A DNA stretch of 64,000 bases, from positions 206,566 to 270,565 of the forward strand of contig CAZNZL010000001.1 of the NCBI GenBank assembly GCA_964577565.1, read 5' to 3'. The DNA comes from an uncultured Candidatus Saccharibacteria bacterium. Lineage in GTDB: Bacteria > Patescibacteriota > Saccharimonadia > Saccharimonadales > JAGQNJ01. The position numbers were made by a program, and so were the translations under genes. The notes under the pieces were generated by a model. The model had not been told where the DNA came from and did not search any database. It was given only the letters and a program-made list of their open reading frames with translations. Below are positions 44,655-54,468 of this stretch, piece after piece (positions within the stretch are counted from its first letter, which is position 1; each line of letters starts with the position of its first letter).

Positions 44655-44745
44655 GTCGTTACAATTGCATTATTTTGTATACACATCAGTACTATTTAAG
44701 CATAAACGAAACCATGCAGCCAGACGATATGTTGAAACTGCAAGA

Positions 44746-44754
44746 TGTTACACT
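44746..44754 (+). promoter_or_regulatory. Extended -10 (TGtTACACT), 6 nt upstream of the ATG at 44761
   Basis: gaTGtTACACTagctacATG. Confidence 0.4.
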
Positions 44755-44760
44755 AGCTAC

Positions 44761-45255
44761 ATGCGTGAGATCTCGATCATACTACACGATATCAGAAGTA
44801 CCCATAATGTTGGATCGCTGCTGCGGACGGCTGATGGGTTTGGTGTTTCTCAGGTATTCTTTACTGGCTATACTCCCTATCCTGAGCTACCTAACGATGA
44901 TCGTTTGCCCCATATTAGACGTAAGCTTTCTGATCAAATTCATAAAACTGCATTAGGCGCCGAACACTCGGTAACGTGGTTATATCACCCTGATATAACC
45001 GAGCTAATTAAGCAACTGCAAGCTAAAGGTTACACTGTGGTTGGCCTAGAGCAATCCCCAGATTCAATACCACTTGCCTCATTAAAACCTCAGTCTAAAT
45101 GCGTCCTTTTACTCGGACGTGAGGTTGAGGGCATCGAACCCAACATACTCTCTTTGTGTGACATAATCACCGAGATCCGTATGTACGGCCAAAAAGAATC
45201 GTTTAACGTTGCCCAGGCAGCAGCAGTTGCCTTATATCATTTGCGTGAAGCGTAA
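44761..45255 (+). CDS. TrmH/SpoU-family RNA 2'-O-methyltransferase
   Basis: It begins MREISIILHDIRSTHNVGSLLRTADGFG (SpoU motif 1), followed by LLLGREVEGI and ESFNVAQAAAVALY. The track's upstream extension (44653) lacks homology and overlaps the pilB start. Confidence 0.85.
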   Translation: MREISIILHDIRSTHNVGSLLRTADGFGVSQVFFTGYTPYPELPNDDRLPHIRRKLSDQIHKTALGAEHSVTWLYHPDITELIKQLQAKGYTVVGLEQSPDSIPLASLKPQSKCVLLLGREVEGIEPNILSLCDIITEIRMYGQKESFNVAQAAAVALYHLREA

Positions 45256-45257
45256 GC

Positions 45258-46133
45258 ATGTTATATAGTACTGACATGCCTACCATTCAGAAGCGGCAAA
45301 GTCCAAATTTGCGGCCAAAACATAAACATACTAAAAAATACCTTAAACACTATTACCCGTTTATTCCATTGTTATTAAGTATCGGGGCACTGCTTATGGT
45401 TGTATTAAGTCCTTATATGCAGTCGCATCAAGAAGTGCTGGCACGTACCATTGACATATCAGAAACAGGATTATTAGAAGCAACGAACTCGCAGCGAGTT
45501 CAGGCAGGCATTGCCACGCTGTCATTAAATAACCAACTTTCTACGGCAGCTCAAAATAAAGCAAATGACATGGCCAAAAAGAATTACTGGTCTCATGAGA
45601 CACCTGAGGGTAAGCAACCATGGGTCTTTATTGCTCAAACAGGATACATTTACAACAAAGCAGGTGAAAACTTAGCGTTTGGCTTCGATACTAACAATCA
45701 AGTTATTGATGGCTGGCTTAACAGCGCAACGCATCGTGCTAATATGCTTGATAGTAATTTTCAAGAGGTTGGTTTTGGGATTACCCGTCACCCCAACTAT
45801 CAATCTAACGGGCCCGCAACTATTGTTGTCGCCATGTATGCTACACCGAGCAATAGCTCAGTAGCAGCCTCCACCTCAAATGTACCAACCGATGAAGAAC
45901 GAGCCGTACGGCGCATAAGTATGTTAACCGGCGCCGACTGGTCTGTTATTGCTGTTGCATCATTAATGAGTGCCGGCGCAACCTACCTTCTGTTGACTCA
46001 CAGTCTAGTACTAAAACGGGTAATAACAAAAGGTGAACGTTTTATTATCCGCAATCCACTTCTCGATAGCATTGTTATAGCCATGATTGCCCTAGGAATC
46101 GTCCTACTGCGAACGACTGGCGTGATTTTATAA
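45258..46133 (+). CDS. Membrane-anchored CAP/SCP (YkwD-like) domain protein
   Basis: N-terminal TM, a CAP-like core (NSQRVQAG...WSHETPEG...GENLAFG...GWLNSATHRANML) and two C-terminal TM segments. Confidence 0.65.
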   Translation: MLYSTDMPTIQKRQSPNLRPKHKHTKKYLKHYYPFIPLLLSIGALLMVVLSPYMQSHQEVLARTIDISETGLLEATNSQRVQAGIATLSLNNQLSTAAQNKANDMAKKNYWSHETPEGKQPWVFIAQTGYIYNKAGENLAFGFDTNNQVIDGWLNSATHRANMLDSNFQEVGFGITRHPNYQSNGPATIVVAMYATPSNSSVAASTSNVPTDEERAVRRISMLTGADWSVIAVASLMSAGATYLLLTHSLVLKRVITKGERFIIRNPLLDSIVIAMIALGIVLLRTTGVIL

Positions 46134-46135
46134 AC

Positions 46136-49100
46136 CTACTTAACAATTACGTTTTCTTTGCCGGCAATCGAGTGCAAATGATCGAGCGACTCATCATTAA
46201 GAGCTATACCTTGAGGCAAACGAATTACTTGTTTTTGAGCCTCTTGACCAAGTACAAGTACAACCTCTGTATTACCGATATAGGTCGAAAGCGAATCTTT
46301 TAATGATAAGAGCCGGCCATTCTCTTTTGTGTCATGTATGCGAATATATAGGCGCTTGGGTACGTCAGTGGTAGCTTGGGTAATCGTAGCGCTCATAACC
46401 TTGGGGTTCTTTTTTGGTGAGCGGGGTTTTTTGCCAGTAGGTTGGTACGCTTGGGCTTGTTCTAGAGTAATTTCTCGGGCATCATCGACTAATATTTTAA
46501 TATCAGTCGTTACGTTGCCCTCTTTATCCTGGGCAGAAATTTTGCCCTTTATGTAAACCACCGTGTCTTTTGACCAAATACCAAGCGTCTGCTGATAGAT
46601 TGAAGGGAATGCAATAACTTCTATATCCCCATGTTCATCGCTCAGAGATATAAACGCCATTTTTTGGCCATTTTTGGTTGTAATCTCTCGCATGGCGGTG
46701 ATAACTCCGCCAACTGAAACAGCTTTATTGTGATGTGCTGCTTCAATTGAGTTGAGCGGAACCGTTGTTTCTTCTAAAATCGACCTAAACGATTCAAGCG
46801 GATGCTGCGACAAATATAACCCCAATAATTCACGCTCCCAACGCAAACTATCTTGTATAGTATAGCCCGATGTGGTTTTACTTAAAGAAAGAGCTGGTCG
46901 CGAAACTGTATCGACACTGTTACCAAATAAATCTGTTTGACCGCTCAGGGCTTCTTTTTGAATTTTTGATGCGTAGGCAAGCAACATATCAATATTATCA
47001 AGTAATGTATGGCGATCACCCAATACGTCAAACGCCCCAGACTTAATAAGGCTTTCTATGGCCTTTCTGTTAACAATACGGCAATTTACTCGTTTAAAAA
47101 AGTCTTCTAGCGAGGTAAAGTGACCATTTTCGCGTGCTCGTAGAATTTCTTCGACAGCACCGGTGCCAACGTTCTTGATAGCATTTAGACCAAATCTAAT
47201 CTGGCCGGTTTTCGGCACCACGGCAAATTCTAGAAACGACTCATTCACATCCGGCTGTAAGACATCAAGTCCCATATGTTTACACTCGGTGATTTCAATT
47301 GCCAGACGATCAGTATCATCATAATCGCTGGTCATTAAAGCCGCCATAAAGGCTGCTGGATAATGGGCCTTAAGATAAGCCGTTTGATACGCAATAAGAC
47401 CATAGCACGCCGCATGCGACTTGTTGAAACAGTATGCAGCAAAATCTTCAAGCTGCTTCCAGAACTTCTTCATGAGAGCTTCGTCAATATTTGAATGCTT
47501 CTGACCACCGTCAATCATTTTGTCTTTCATTTTGGCCATGAGTTCAGCATTCTTCTTACCAATGGCTTTACGCAACGTATCGGCCTCGCCACCGGTAAAA
47601 CCACAAACTTCTTTACTGATCTGCATTACCTGCTCTTGGTACACAAGCACACCATAGGTATTTTTAAGCGCGTTCTCCATTGAGGGGTGAGGGTACACGA
47701 TTGCACGCTTACCGTGTTTACGGGCAATGAAATCATCGATAAATTGCATTGGACCCGGCCGATACAGGGCAACCATAGCTACAATATCTTCAAACACGGT
47801 TGGCTTTAACTCTTTAAGATAGCGTTTCATGCCGGCAGATTCTAACTGAAATACCCCAGTTGTATCGCCTCTTTGAAAAAGCTCGTAGGTTTTTTTATCA
47901 TCGAGCGGCAAATGATCAATGTCAATATCTTTGTTGTACACTTTTTTGATAATTCTGAGAGCATTCTTAATGATTGTGAGGTTAGACAAACCTAGAAAGT
48001 CCATTTTTAGCAGGCCAAGCTCTTCTACTGGCCCCATAGAATACTGAGTAGCCACTACACCTTTTTGTGCTTTTTCTAATGGTGTAAACTTTACAATGTC
48101 ATCGGGCGCTATGACGACACCGGCTGCATGCACACCATGTGACCGAATGGTTCCTTCTAGCTGCATTGCTAAATCGAAAACGCGCTTTGATACCTCGTTA
48201 GATTGATATTCGTGCTTTAAGTCATAGTTATCCTTCAAAGACGTAGCAAGCGGGATGTGACGGCCTTGAACGGGCGGCGGAATCATTTTGGCAAGCCGGT
48301 CAGCTTCTGCGTACGGTACTTGTAAAACGCGAGCTACATCACGCACAGCATTTCTAGCTGCCATCCGACCAAAGGTAACAATATTTGCTACTCTGTCATC
48401 GCCGTACTTATCTACACAGTATTGAATTACTTCATCGCGCCGCGTATCTTGAATGTCAATATCGATATCAGGCATCGAGATACGTTCAGGGTTTAAAAAC
48501 CGTTCAAAGAGTAAGTCATAGTTTAACGGATCAAGCTCAGTTATGCGCAAGGCATAGGCTATGATTGAACCGGCAGCACTACCCCGGCCCGGCCCAAAAA
48601 CGATACCGTTATTTTTACCCCAATTAATGAAATCTGAAATTATTAAGAAGTAGCCATTGAAACCCATATTGTTGATAACGTCAAGCTCAAACGTCGTTCT
48701 TCTTGCGACCTCGGGGGGCAGCGTCTTTTTGGCATCACTCACCGATAGTGTGTGGACTTTATCGTACGGAGTGCCGCCGTAGCGCCAGGCCAGACCTCGA
48801 TAGACTAATTTCTCTAAATAGCTTTTTTCAGTCTCTCTTTGCGGTACTGGAAACTTAGGTATAAGAATATTGCCTAGCTCTAGGGTCACATTACAGCGTT
48901 CGGCAATTGCTTTTGTATTCGTTATTAGTTGAGGGTGGCTTTTGCCCCACCGCTCGATAATTTCGTTAGGATCTGTAACATGAAGGGGGAAGTCTTTAAG
49001 GCTCATGCGTTTCTCGTCGCTTAAGAACGACCCGGTTCCAACGCACAACAGCACCTCGTGAGCTTCTTGGTCAGCGTGTTTCAGATAATGCGCATCACAT

Positions 49101-49747
49101 GTTACAACTGCAGGTATATCAAATTCTTCGGCCAACTGTAAGACTTTTTCATTAATTGTATGTTGTTCAGGATTTGTTAATGGATTGTTTGGGTGCCCAT
49201 GATCTTGAACTTCTAAGTAGTATCGGTCACCAAAAACGTCTTTATACCAACGAACAATTTCTTTTGCTTGATCGAGCTGGTTATTCTTTAAGGCCTCGCC
49301 TAACTCACCGCCCATGCAGCCACTTAATACAATGATACCTTCATTGTGCTGTTTTAGCAGCTCTCGATCAATGCGCGGAAAGTAATAGTAGCCATCGAGG
49401 TTGGCGATTGTACTTAGCTTCATAAGGTTAGCGTAACCCTGGTTATTCATAGCAAGCAATATCAGGTGGAAGCGCTGTTTGTCTTTGACGGGGTCTTTAT
49501 CGGTATGCTTACGAGCAGCCATATAGGTTTCAATGCCGATTAAAGGTTTAATGTTCTCTTCTGTAGCATTTTTATAAAAATCTACCGCTCCGGAAAGCGT
49601 ACCGTGATCAGTAATTGCTACTGCTTCCATGCCACTTTGTTTAACAAAATTTATGAGATCAGGTAATTTTGTTAACCCATCGAGTAGGCTGTATTGGGTA
49701 TGGTTATGCAAGTGCACATAGTCACTAGTGGTAAGTCTTTTGGTCAT
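46136..49747 (-). CDS. dnaE: DNA polymerase III subunit alpha
   Basis: 1203 aa with an N-terminal PHP domain (HLHNHTQYSLLDG), polymerase core, OB fold and C-terminal tail. Confidence 0.97.
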   Translation of the reverse strand: MTKRLTTSDYVHLHNHTQYSLLDGLTKLPDLINFVKQSGMEAVAITDHGTLSGAVDFYKNATEENIKPLIGIETYMAARKHTDKDPVKDKQRFHLILLAMNNQGYANLMKLSTIANLDGYYYFPRIDRELLKQHNEGIIVLSGCMGGELGEALKNNQLDQAKEIVRWYKDVFGDRYYLEVQDHGHPNNPLTNPEQHTINEKVLQLAEEFDIPAVVTCDAHYLKHADQEAHEVLLCVGTGSFLSDEKRMSLKDFPLHVTDPNEIIERWGKSHPQLITNTKAIAERCNVTLELGNILIPKFPVPQRETEKSYLEKLVYRGLAWRYGGTPYDKVHTLSVSDAKKTLPPEVARRTTFELDVINNMGFNGYFLIISDFINWGKNNGIVFGPGRGSAAGSIIAYALRITELDPLNYDLLFERFLNPERISMPDIDIDIQDTRRDEVIQYCVDKYGDDRVANIVTFGRMAARNAVRDVARVLQVPYAEADRLAKMIPPPVQGRHIPLATSLKDNYDLKHEYQSNEVSKRVFDLAMQLEGTIRSHGVHAAGVVIAPDDIVKFTPLEKAQKGVVATQYSMGPVEELGLLKMDFLGLSNLTIIKNALRIIKKVYNKDIDIDHLPLDDKKTYELFQRGDTTGVFQLESAGMKRYLKELKPTVFEDIVAMVALYRPGPMQFIDDFIARKHGKRAIVYPHPSMENALKNTYGVLVYQEQVMQISKEVCGFTGGEADTLRKAIGKKNAELMAKMKDKMIDGGQKHSNIDEALMKKFWKQLEDFAAYCFNKSHAACYGLIAYQTAYLKAHYPAAFMAALMTSDYDDTDRLAIEITECKHMGLDVLQPDVNESFLEFAVVPKTGQIRFGLNAIKNVGTGAVEEILRARENGHFTSLEDFFKRVNCRIVNRKAIESLIKSGAFDVLGDRHTLLDNIDMLLAYASKIQKEALSGQTDLFGNSVDTVSRPALSLSKTTSGYTIQDSLRWERELLGLYLSQHPLESFRSILEETTVPLNSIEAAHHNKAVSVGGVITAMREITTKNGQKMAFISLSDEHGDIEVIAFPSIYQQTLGIWSKDTVVYIKGKISAQDKEGNVTTDIKILVDDAREITLEQAQAYQPTGKKPRSPKKNPKVMSATITQATTDVPKRLYIRIHDTKENGRLLSLKDSLSTYIGNTEVVLVLGQEAQKQVIRLPQGIALNDESLDHLHSIAGKENVIVK

Positions 49748-49756
49748 TTAGTGCCT

Positions 49757-49762
49757 ATTATA
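49757..49762 (-). promoter_or_regulatory. -10 box TATAAT, 9 nt upstream of the dnaE ATG
   Basis: Reverse complement of 49748-49762 = TATAATAGGCACTAA, then ATG. Confidence 0.4.
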
Positions 49763-49804
49763 GAGAAAAATATAAGCGTCTTGTAGGGGCTTAAATACAA
49801 CAAT

Positions 49805-50080
49805 TTATTGTGACTTTTGAGAGTTTTCTATTGTTTGCCGAAAATTTTCTACGGTTGGACCAATCAACGGTATATTGTCAAACAGCGATAGTATCCATAA
49901 GCCTAAACCAAGCAATAGAGCAGCCCCAAAGATACTTCCCATACTAAAGAACATGCCACGAATAAAATTAGCTTTATACAGATCTTTTTTACTGACATAC
50001 TCCGTTGTAAAGAGTACCTCTAACGCCTTGGCAGCCTGACTTGCTTCGTCTTTGGTCAGATTAGGTTTTTTCTTTGCCAT
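49805..50080 (-). CDS. Small membrane protein (DUF5665-like)
   Basis: 91 aa. NFIRGMFFSMGSIFGAALLLGLGLWILS is a single hydrophobic hairpin. The start overlaps the stop of the YtxH-like gene. Confidence 0.5.
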   Translation of the reverse strand: MAKKKPNLTKDEASQAAKALEVLFTTEYVSKKDLYKANFIRGMFFSMGSIFGAALLLGLGLWILSLFDNIPLIGPTVENFRQTIENSQKSQ

Positions 50081-50484
50081 CAGCTTTTAAAAAACTTCTT
50101 TAAACTGTCTTTGGCCTTCGTCACTTCTTTAATAGCAGTTTCTAGCTCAGGATTAGCTGTTTCACCGCTTCGAATAGCACTAATCACTTCTTTGGCTTTT
50201 ACCTGAGCCGTTGTAGCAACTTCGATGGCTTTTTGTAACTCATCTTTAGCTTTCCCGGAGCGTGAAGATAATTCTTTATTGCCCTTTGTAATCAGGTCGG
50301 CGAGTTCGCTGTGAAGAACTTTGAGGCGTTTTTCTGCTTCGGCAAACACCTTGCCAGCCGTATCTTTAATGTCGCGGCGAGTTTCTTTACCACTCTTTGG
50401 CGCGGTCAACAAACCAGTTATGACTCCTGCTACGACACCTATAACTGCACCCAGTGCAAATTTTTTACCACTTTCTTTACTCAT
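50080..50484 (-). CDS. YtxH-like general stress protein
   Basis: N-terminal GAVIGVVAGVITGLLTAPKSGKETR, followed by a long helical Lys/Glu-rich region. Confidence 0.65.
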   Translation of the reverse strand: MSKESGKKFALGAVIGVVAGVITGLLTAPKSGKETRRDIKDTAGKVFAEAEKRLKVLHSELADLITKGNKELSSRSGKAKDELQKAIEVATTAQVKAKEVISAIRSGETANPELETAIKEVTKAKDSLKKFFKS

Positions 50485-50744
50485 TTTTTACCCTTCTTTC
50501 CTTTGAATTCTGTTACTTTAGAAACGATGTTGCTCAGTAACGTTGTAATTGCAACCGTACCTGTTGACTTCTTAAAAAAATCGCTGACGGCCTCTACATC
50601 ATGCATAATTTCATTGGCAGTGTCGGTAATCTCACGCAACTTTTTAACAAGTTTTAGTACGCTGACAACCAGAACAATTGAGGCAATTAACAAGACCAGC
50701 AACGTTACCGAAAGTATGACAACAAGAATATCAAACGAGTCCAT
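50481..50744 (-). CDS. DUF948-like membrane-anchored protein
   Basis: 87 aa with an N-terminal TM and a helical region. 4-nt overlap with the YtxH-like gene. Confidence 0.5.
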   Translation of the reverse strand: MDSFDILVVILSVTLLVLLIASIVLVVSVLKLVKKLREITDTANEIMHDVEAVSDFFKKSTGTVAITTLLSNIVSKVTEFKGKKGKK

Positions 50745-50750
50745 ACAGTA

Positions 50751-50756
50751 ATTCTA
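50751..50756 (-). promoter_or_regulatory. -10 box TAGAAT, 6 nt upstream of the ATG at 50744
   Basis: Reverse complement of 50745-50756 = TAGAATTACTGT, then ATG. Confidence 0.4.
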
Positions 50757-50784
50757 CAACGTTTTACTATTTTTAACCATGGCC

Positions 50785-52248
50785 TTAAACTTTAAGCTGT
50801 GCTTTTATGATTTTTTGTACTAAACCTGGGTTAGCTTTGCCTGCAGACGCTTTCATTGCCTGACCGACCAGAAAGCCAATTGCCTTGGTCTCGCCTTTTT
50901 GTACATCTGCTACTGCCGATGGGTTATCTTTAATAACTTGAGCAACCAGGGCTTCAAGTGCAGTCTCGTCAGATTGCTGCAGAAGGTCGTGTTCTTTGGC
51001 AATTGTCAGCGGATCACCGCCGCCTTTAACCATGACCCTTAAGACTTGTTTTGCTGCCGTTGAACTAATCTGGTTATCTGAAACCAGCTCTTCCAGGCCG
51101 AGCAACCCCTCCACTGAAAGCGTAACTGCATCCCAGGTTAATGCTGAACTTGTTATCATTGCTTGCACTTCCGAGGCTAACCAGTGGGCAATACGACGAG
51201 CTCGAGGCGGTTCAGTCTGCTCTATGACTTGTAGCATTACTCTCCCGGCAGGTAGCGCATCAATGAGCGTTTCTACCGTAGCATTGTCGAGACCAATGGT
51301 GCGCAATTTTTCTCTCAGGGTCCAGGGCATAACCGGCATCGTTTGCGTAACACTTGTTACATGTTGCTCATCAATTACCACTGGCGGTATATCGGGTTCA
51401 GGAAAGTAACGGTAATCGTGAGCTTCTTCTTTGCTACGCTGGCTAAAAGTTTTTTGTTTGGCATCATCCCAGCCACGTGTCTCTTGAACAACCGTACCGC
51501 CAACTTTCAAAACATCAACCTGACGTTTTATTTCATATTCTACGGCTTTCTCAACGCTCTTAAATGAATTTAGGTTTTTGGTTTCAGTCCTGATACCAAG
51601 CGTCTTCGGATCTTGGCTTACTGACACATTAACGTCAAAACGCATATTCCCATGGTACATATCGGCGTCTGATATATCCGCGTAGCGCATTAACAGGTAT
51701 AACTCCCGTACGTATGCCTTGGCTTCAGCGGGCGAATGCATATCCGGTTGCGAGACGATCTCTAACAACGGTGTGCCCGCACGATTAAGATCAACCAGAC
51801 TGTAATCTTTCCCGGCAGGGTGAGTATTTTTACCAGCGTCTTCTTCTAACTGCACTCGATCTAAATGAACGGACCGCTTTTCGTTATTACTCTCTATTAG
51901 CACTGTTCCACCAACCACGATTGGCTTACTAAGCTGGGTTATTTGATAGCCCTTGGGTAAGTCAGGGTAGAAATAATGCTTACGCTCAAAATAACTGTAC
52001 GGTTGAGGGACTGTATTAAAAGCAAGCGCGGCACGGATTGCGTACTCAACAGCCTGTTGATTCAATACAGGAAGTGCTCCTGGCATGCCGAGGCAAATAT
52101 GACTGATGAGCGTATTCGGTGCTGCATTGCGTGCATCATTGCCTACACCCGCAAAAAGTTTAGTCTTAGTCTTTAGCTGCACATGGCACTCAATGCCAAT
52201 AGTCGGAAAGTATCCCTCATATGTTTTTATAGCATCTTTGTTGCTCAT
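50785..52248 (-). CDS. gatB: Asp/Glu-tRNA amidotransferase subunit B
   Basis: 487 aa. N-terminal GIECHVQLKT and the C-terminal YqeY-like tail are typical GatB. Confidence 0.95.
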   Translation of the reverse strand: MSNKDAIKTYEGYFPTIGIECHVQLKTKTKLFAGVGNDARNAAPNTLISHICLGMPGALPVLNQQAVEYAIRAALAFNTVPQPYSYFERKHYFYPDLPKGYQITQLSKPIVVGGTVLIESNNEKRSVHLDRVQLEEDAGKNTHPAGKDYSLVDLNRAGTPLLEIVSQPDMHSPAEAKAYVRELYLLMRYADISDADMYHGNMRFDVNVSVSQDPKTLGIRTETKNLNSFKSVEKAVEYEIKRQVDVLKVGGTVVQETRGWDDAKQKTFSQRSKEEAHDYRYFPEPDIPPVVIDEQHVTSVTQTMPVMPWTLREKLRTIGLDNATVETLIDALPAGRVMLQVIEQTEPPRARRIAHWLASEVQAMITSSALTWDAVTLSVEGLLGLEELVSDNQISSTAAKQVLRVMVKGGGDPLTIAKEHDLLQQSDETALEALVAQVIKDNPSAVADVQKGETKAIGFLVGQAMKASAGKANPGLVQKIIKAQLKV

Positions 52249-52652
52249 AGCACATCCAGATCACGTAAACCTTGCCGAAGGCTTAAAAGCGCATCTTTAA
52301 CATCTTTTTCTTTTAATCTTGATTTAGGATGTTCTTTAACTTTAGTAGTTAATTTGTGCGCATACCAAATAGCATCATTGTCAGAAAACACCTTTTGAGC
52401 AGCGACAAGTCGTTCGCCCATATTTTTACCTTTATATCGTCGACGCTTGAGTGCAAGTTCTAATAAGTCATCTGCCTTAATTAAAGCTGTTGGCCACGTT
52501 TCTTTATGGGCACAATAGGCTTGCAGCTCTTTCCATGCTGACTGAAACTTTGATTTTTTTGTTGGCTTTGGCGCAAAACGCACCGCAATAATACCAACCA
52601 CAATGAGTATAAGTATACCTCCCGCAACGGCAACAACTGCTTCAAAACTCAC
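52245..52652 (-). CDS. Hypothetical membrane-anchored helical protein (135 aa) inserted between gatA and gatB
   Basis: N-terminal TM AVVAVAGGILILIVVGIIAV, then a basic helical domain. 4-nt ATGA overlaps with both gatA and gatB. Confidence 0.6.
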   Translation of the reverse strand: MSFEAVVAVAGGILILIVVGIIAVRFAPKPTKKSKFQSAWKELQAYCAHKETWPTALIKADDLLELALKRRRYKGKNMGERLVAAQKVFSDNDAIWYAHKLTTKVKEHPKSRLKEKDVKDALLSLRQGLRDLDVL

Positions 52653-54076
52653 ACTAATACTCCTTCGGCTTGCATGGCAAGTGACAATAAAGCTCGGTCA
52701 TGCTTTTGTGGCGCCATCAATTGTAAACCAACCGGAAGTCCATTAACTTTACCGGCAGGAAGGCTAATTGCCGGGATGCCTACTAAATTAGCTGCAACTG
52801 TCATAATGTCGGTTACATACATAGAAAGTGGGTCAGTAGTATGCTCCCCTAGCTTAAAAGCTGTACCTGGTGCGGTTGGACCCGCCAAAAAATCAACTTG
52901 TTTATATATGTCATTAAATTCGTTAATAAGCTTCGTCCTCACTGTTTGAGCCTGTTTATAATACGCATCATAATATCCACTACTCAAGACGTACGTACCA
53001 ATCATGATTCGCCTTTTCGCTTCTTTTCCAAACCCCTGGCTTCTTGATGCTTCGTAATACGCTTCTAGGGTCTTGGCATTCTGTTCGTGATGACCATAGC
53101 GTATGCCGTCATAGCGGCTTAAATTACTGGAAACCTCGGCGGGGCAAATTATATAATAACACGCTAAGGCAAGCGGCAGTGAGGGTAAGCTTACTGACGT
53201 AACAGTGTGACCCTGACGAGCTAGTTGATTAATTGCTGATTCTATCAATTTTCTTATATTAGGGTCAACATCGTCACTAAAATACTCCTTCACTACGCCG
53301 ATACGCTGCTTACGAGGTGTGTCGAAGTTAGTGTATGGCTCAGGGTCTCTTTCTATAGTAGTGCCGTCATACGAGTCTCGCCCGCTCATTATGTCAAGTA
53401 CCAACGCTGCATCGGCGACTGTTCTTGTAATAGGACCGATTACATCGGTACTACTTGCCATGGCAATAACCCCATTACGTGAAACCAAACCATACGTTGG
53501 CTTGTAGCCAACCGCTCCACAAAAACTAGCAGGCTGCCGAATTGAACCGCCCGTGTCAGTGCCAAGCGCAAATGGTGCCATATCGAGCATGACCCCAGCT
53601 GCCGAACCGCCTGATGAACCCCCCGGCACACGAGTTTTATCGTGAGGATTGAGCGTCGTAAAGAAATCACTGTTTTCAGTACTTGAGCCGTGGGCAAAGG
53701 CATCTAGGTTAGCTTTAGCCACACAAATAGCTCCTTCTGCCTCTAGCTTCTCAATGGCTGTAGCCTGGTACGGGGCCTTAAAGCCACGCAACATATTGCT
53801 GGCTGCTGTTGTCTCGCTACCAAACGTCAAAAAATTATCTTTTGCAATAAAGGGCACGCCGGCTAATCTGCCAACCCGTTCGCCCTCTTTTATTTGTGCA
53901 TCAATTTGTTTCGCTCGCTCCTTTGCCCGGTCGTCGATAGTAGCAATGACTGCTTTATGCTCTTGATGTCGATCGATCTGTTCCAATGCTTTTTTAACGG
54001 TAGCTGTGGCGCTGAGCTCTCCCCGTGAGACTTTTTCAACAATTTCAGCAATTGAAGGCCAGGCTGGTGTAGCCAT
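52649..54076 (-). CDS. gatA: Glutamyl-tRNA(Gln) amidotransferase subunit A
   Basis: 475 aa with the amidase signature GGSSGGSAAGV. Confidence 0.96.
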   Translation of the reverse strand: MATPAWPSIAEIVEKVSRGELSATATVKKALEQIDRHQEHKAVIATIDDRAKERAKQIDAQIKEGERVGRLAGVPFIAKDNFLTFGSETTAASNMLRGFKAPYQATAIEKLEAEGAICVAKANLDAFAHGSSTENSDFFTTLNPHDKTRVPGGSSGGSAAGVMLDMAPFALGTDTGGSIRQPASFCGAVGYKPTYGLVSRNGVIAMASSTDVIGPITRTVADAALVLDIMSGRDSYDGTTIERDPEPYTNFDTPRKQRIGVVKEYFSDDVDPNIRKLIESAINQLARQGHTVTSVSLPSLPLALACYYIICPAEVSSNLSRYDGIRYGHHEQNAKTLEAYYEASRSQGFGKEAKRRIMIGTYVLSSGYYDAYYKQAQTVRTKLINEFNDIYKQVDFLAGPTAPGTAFKLGEHTTDPLSMYVTDIMTVAANLVGIPAISLPAGKVNGLPVGLQLMAPQKHDRALLSLAMQAEGVLV

Positions 54077-54369
54077 TATTCTATGATCCTTTTTACTTTT
54101 ATTAACCCGTTTTCGGTTGAAGGAACATTTTTTAATAGGCTGTCATGAGACTCTTTATAATCAACAATTACGTCTGGTCTGGTAATGTTTTGTAGACCAG
54201 TTACTTGTGACGTCGGTTCCAGTCCAGATGTGTCGACCTGCCCCAGTTGCTCAACATATCCCAAAATTGCACTGAGTTCAGCTGCAAATGTGTGCAGCTC
54301 TTCATCAGTCAACTGTAGTTTGGCTAGACGTGCCAGCCTTAACACATCTTGTGTAGTTAATTTCGCCAT
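54076..54369 (-). CDS. gatC: Asp/Glu-tRNA amidotransferase subunit C
   Basis: 97 aa. LARLAKLQLTDEE...ILGYVEQL is typical GatC. Its stop overlaps the gatA start. Confidence 0.9.
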   Translation of the reverse strand: MAKLTTQDVLRLARLAKLQLTDEELHTFAAELSAILGYVEQLGQVDTSGLEPTSQVTGLQNITRPDVIVDYKESHDSLLKNVPSTENGLIKVKRIIE

Positions 54370-54379
54370 TTCTTACAGT

Positions 54380-54388
54380 AGTATAGCA
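54380..54388 (-). promoter_or_regulatory. Extended -10 (TGcTATACT), 10 nt upstream of the gatC ATG
   Basis: Reverse complement of 54370-54388 = TGCTATACTACTGTAAGAA, then ATG. Confidence 0.4.
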
Positions 54389-54468
54389 AATATATGCATT
54401 TTCTTCTTGGTGAAACGCAGCGGTTACACTACGATATAAGTAAGCATTAGCAGGCAAAGGACTTGTGC

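Noticed and set aside
44653-44760. A 36-codon N-terminal extension of the TrmH-like gene.
   Set aside because: The extension has no similarity to SpoU proteins and overlaps the pilB-like start. TGtTACACT lies 6 nt before the internal ATG at 44761.
54463-54468. TTG start for the 356-aa ORF.
   Set aside because: An ATG two codons downstream (54469) has better spacing to AAAGGA. The difference is trivial.
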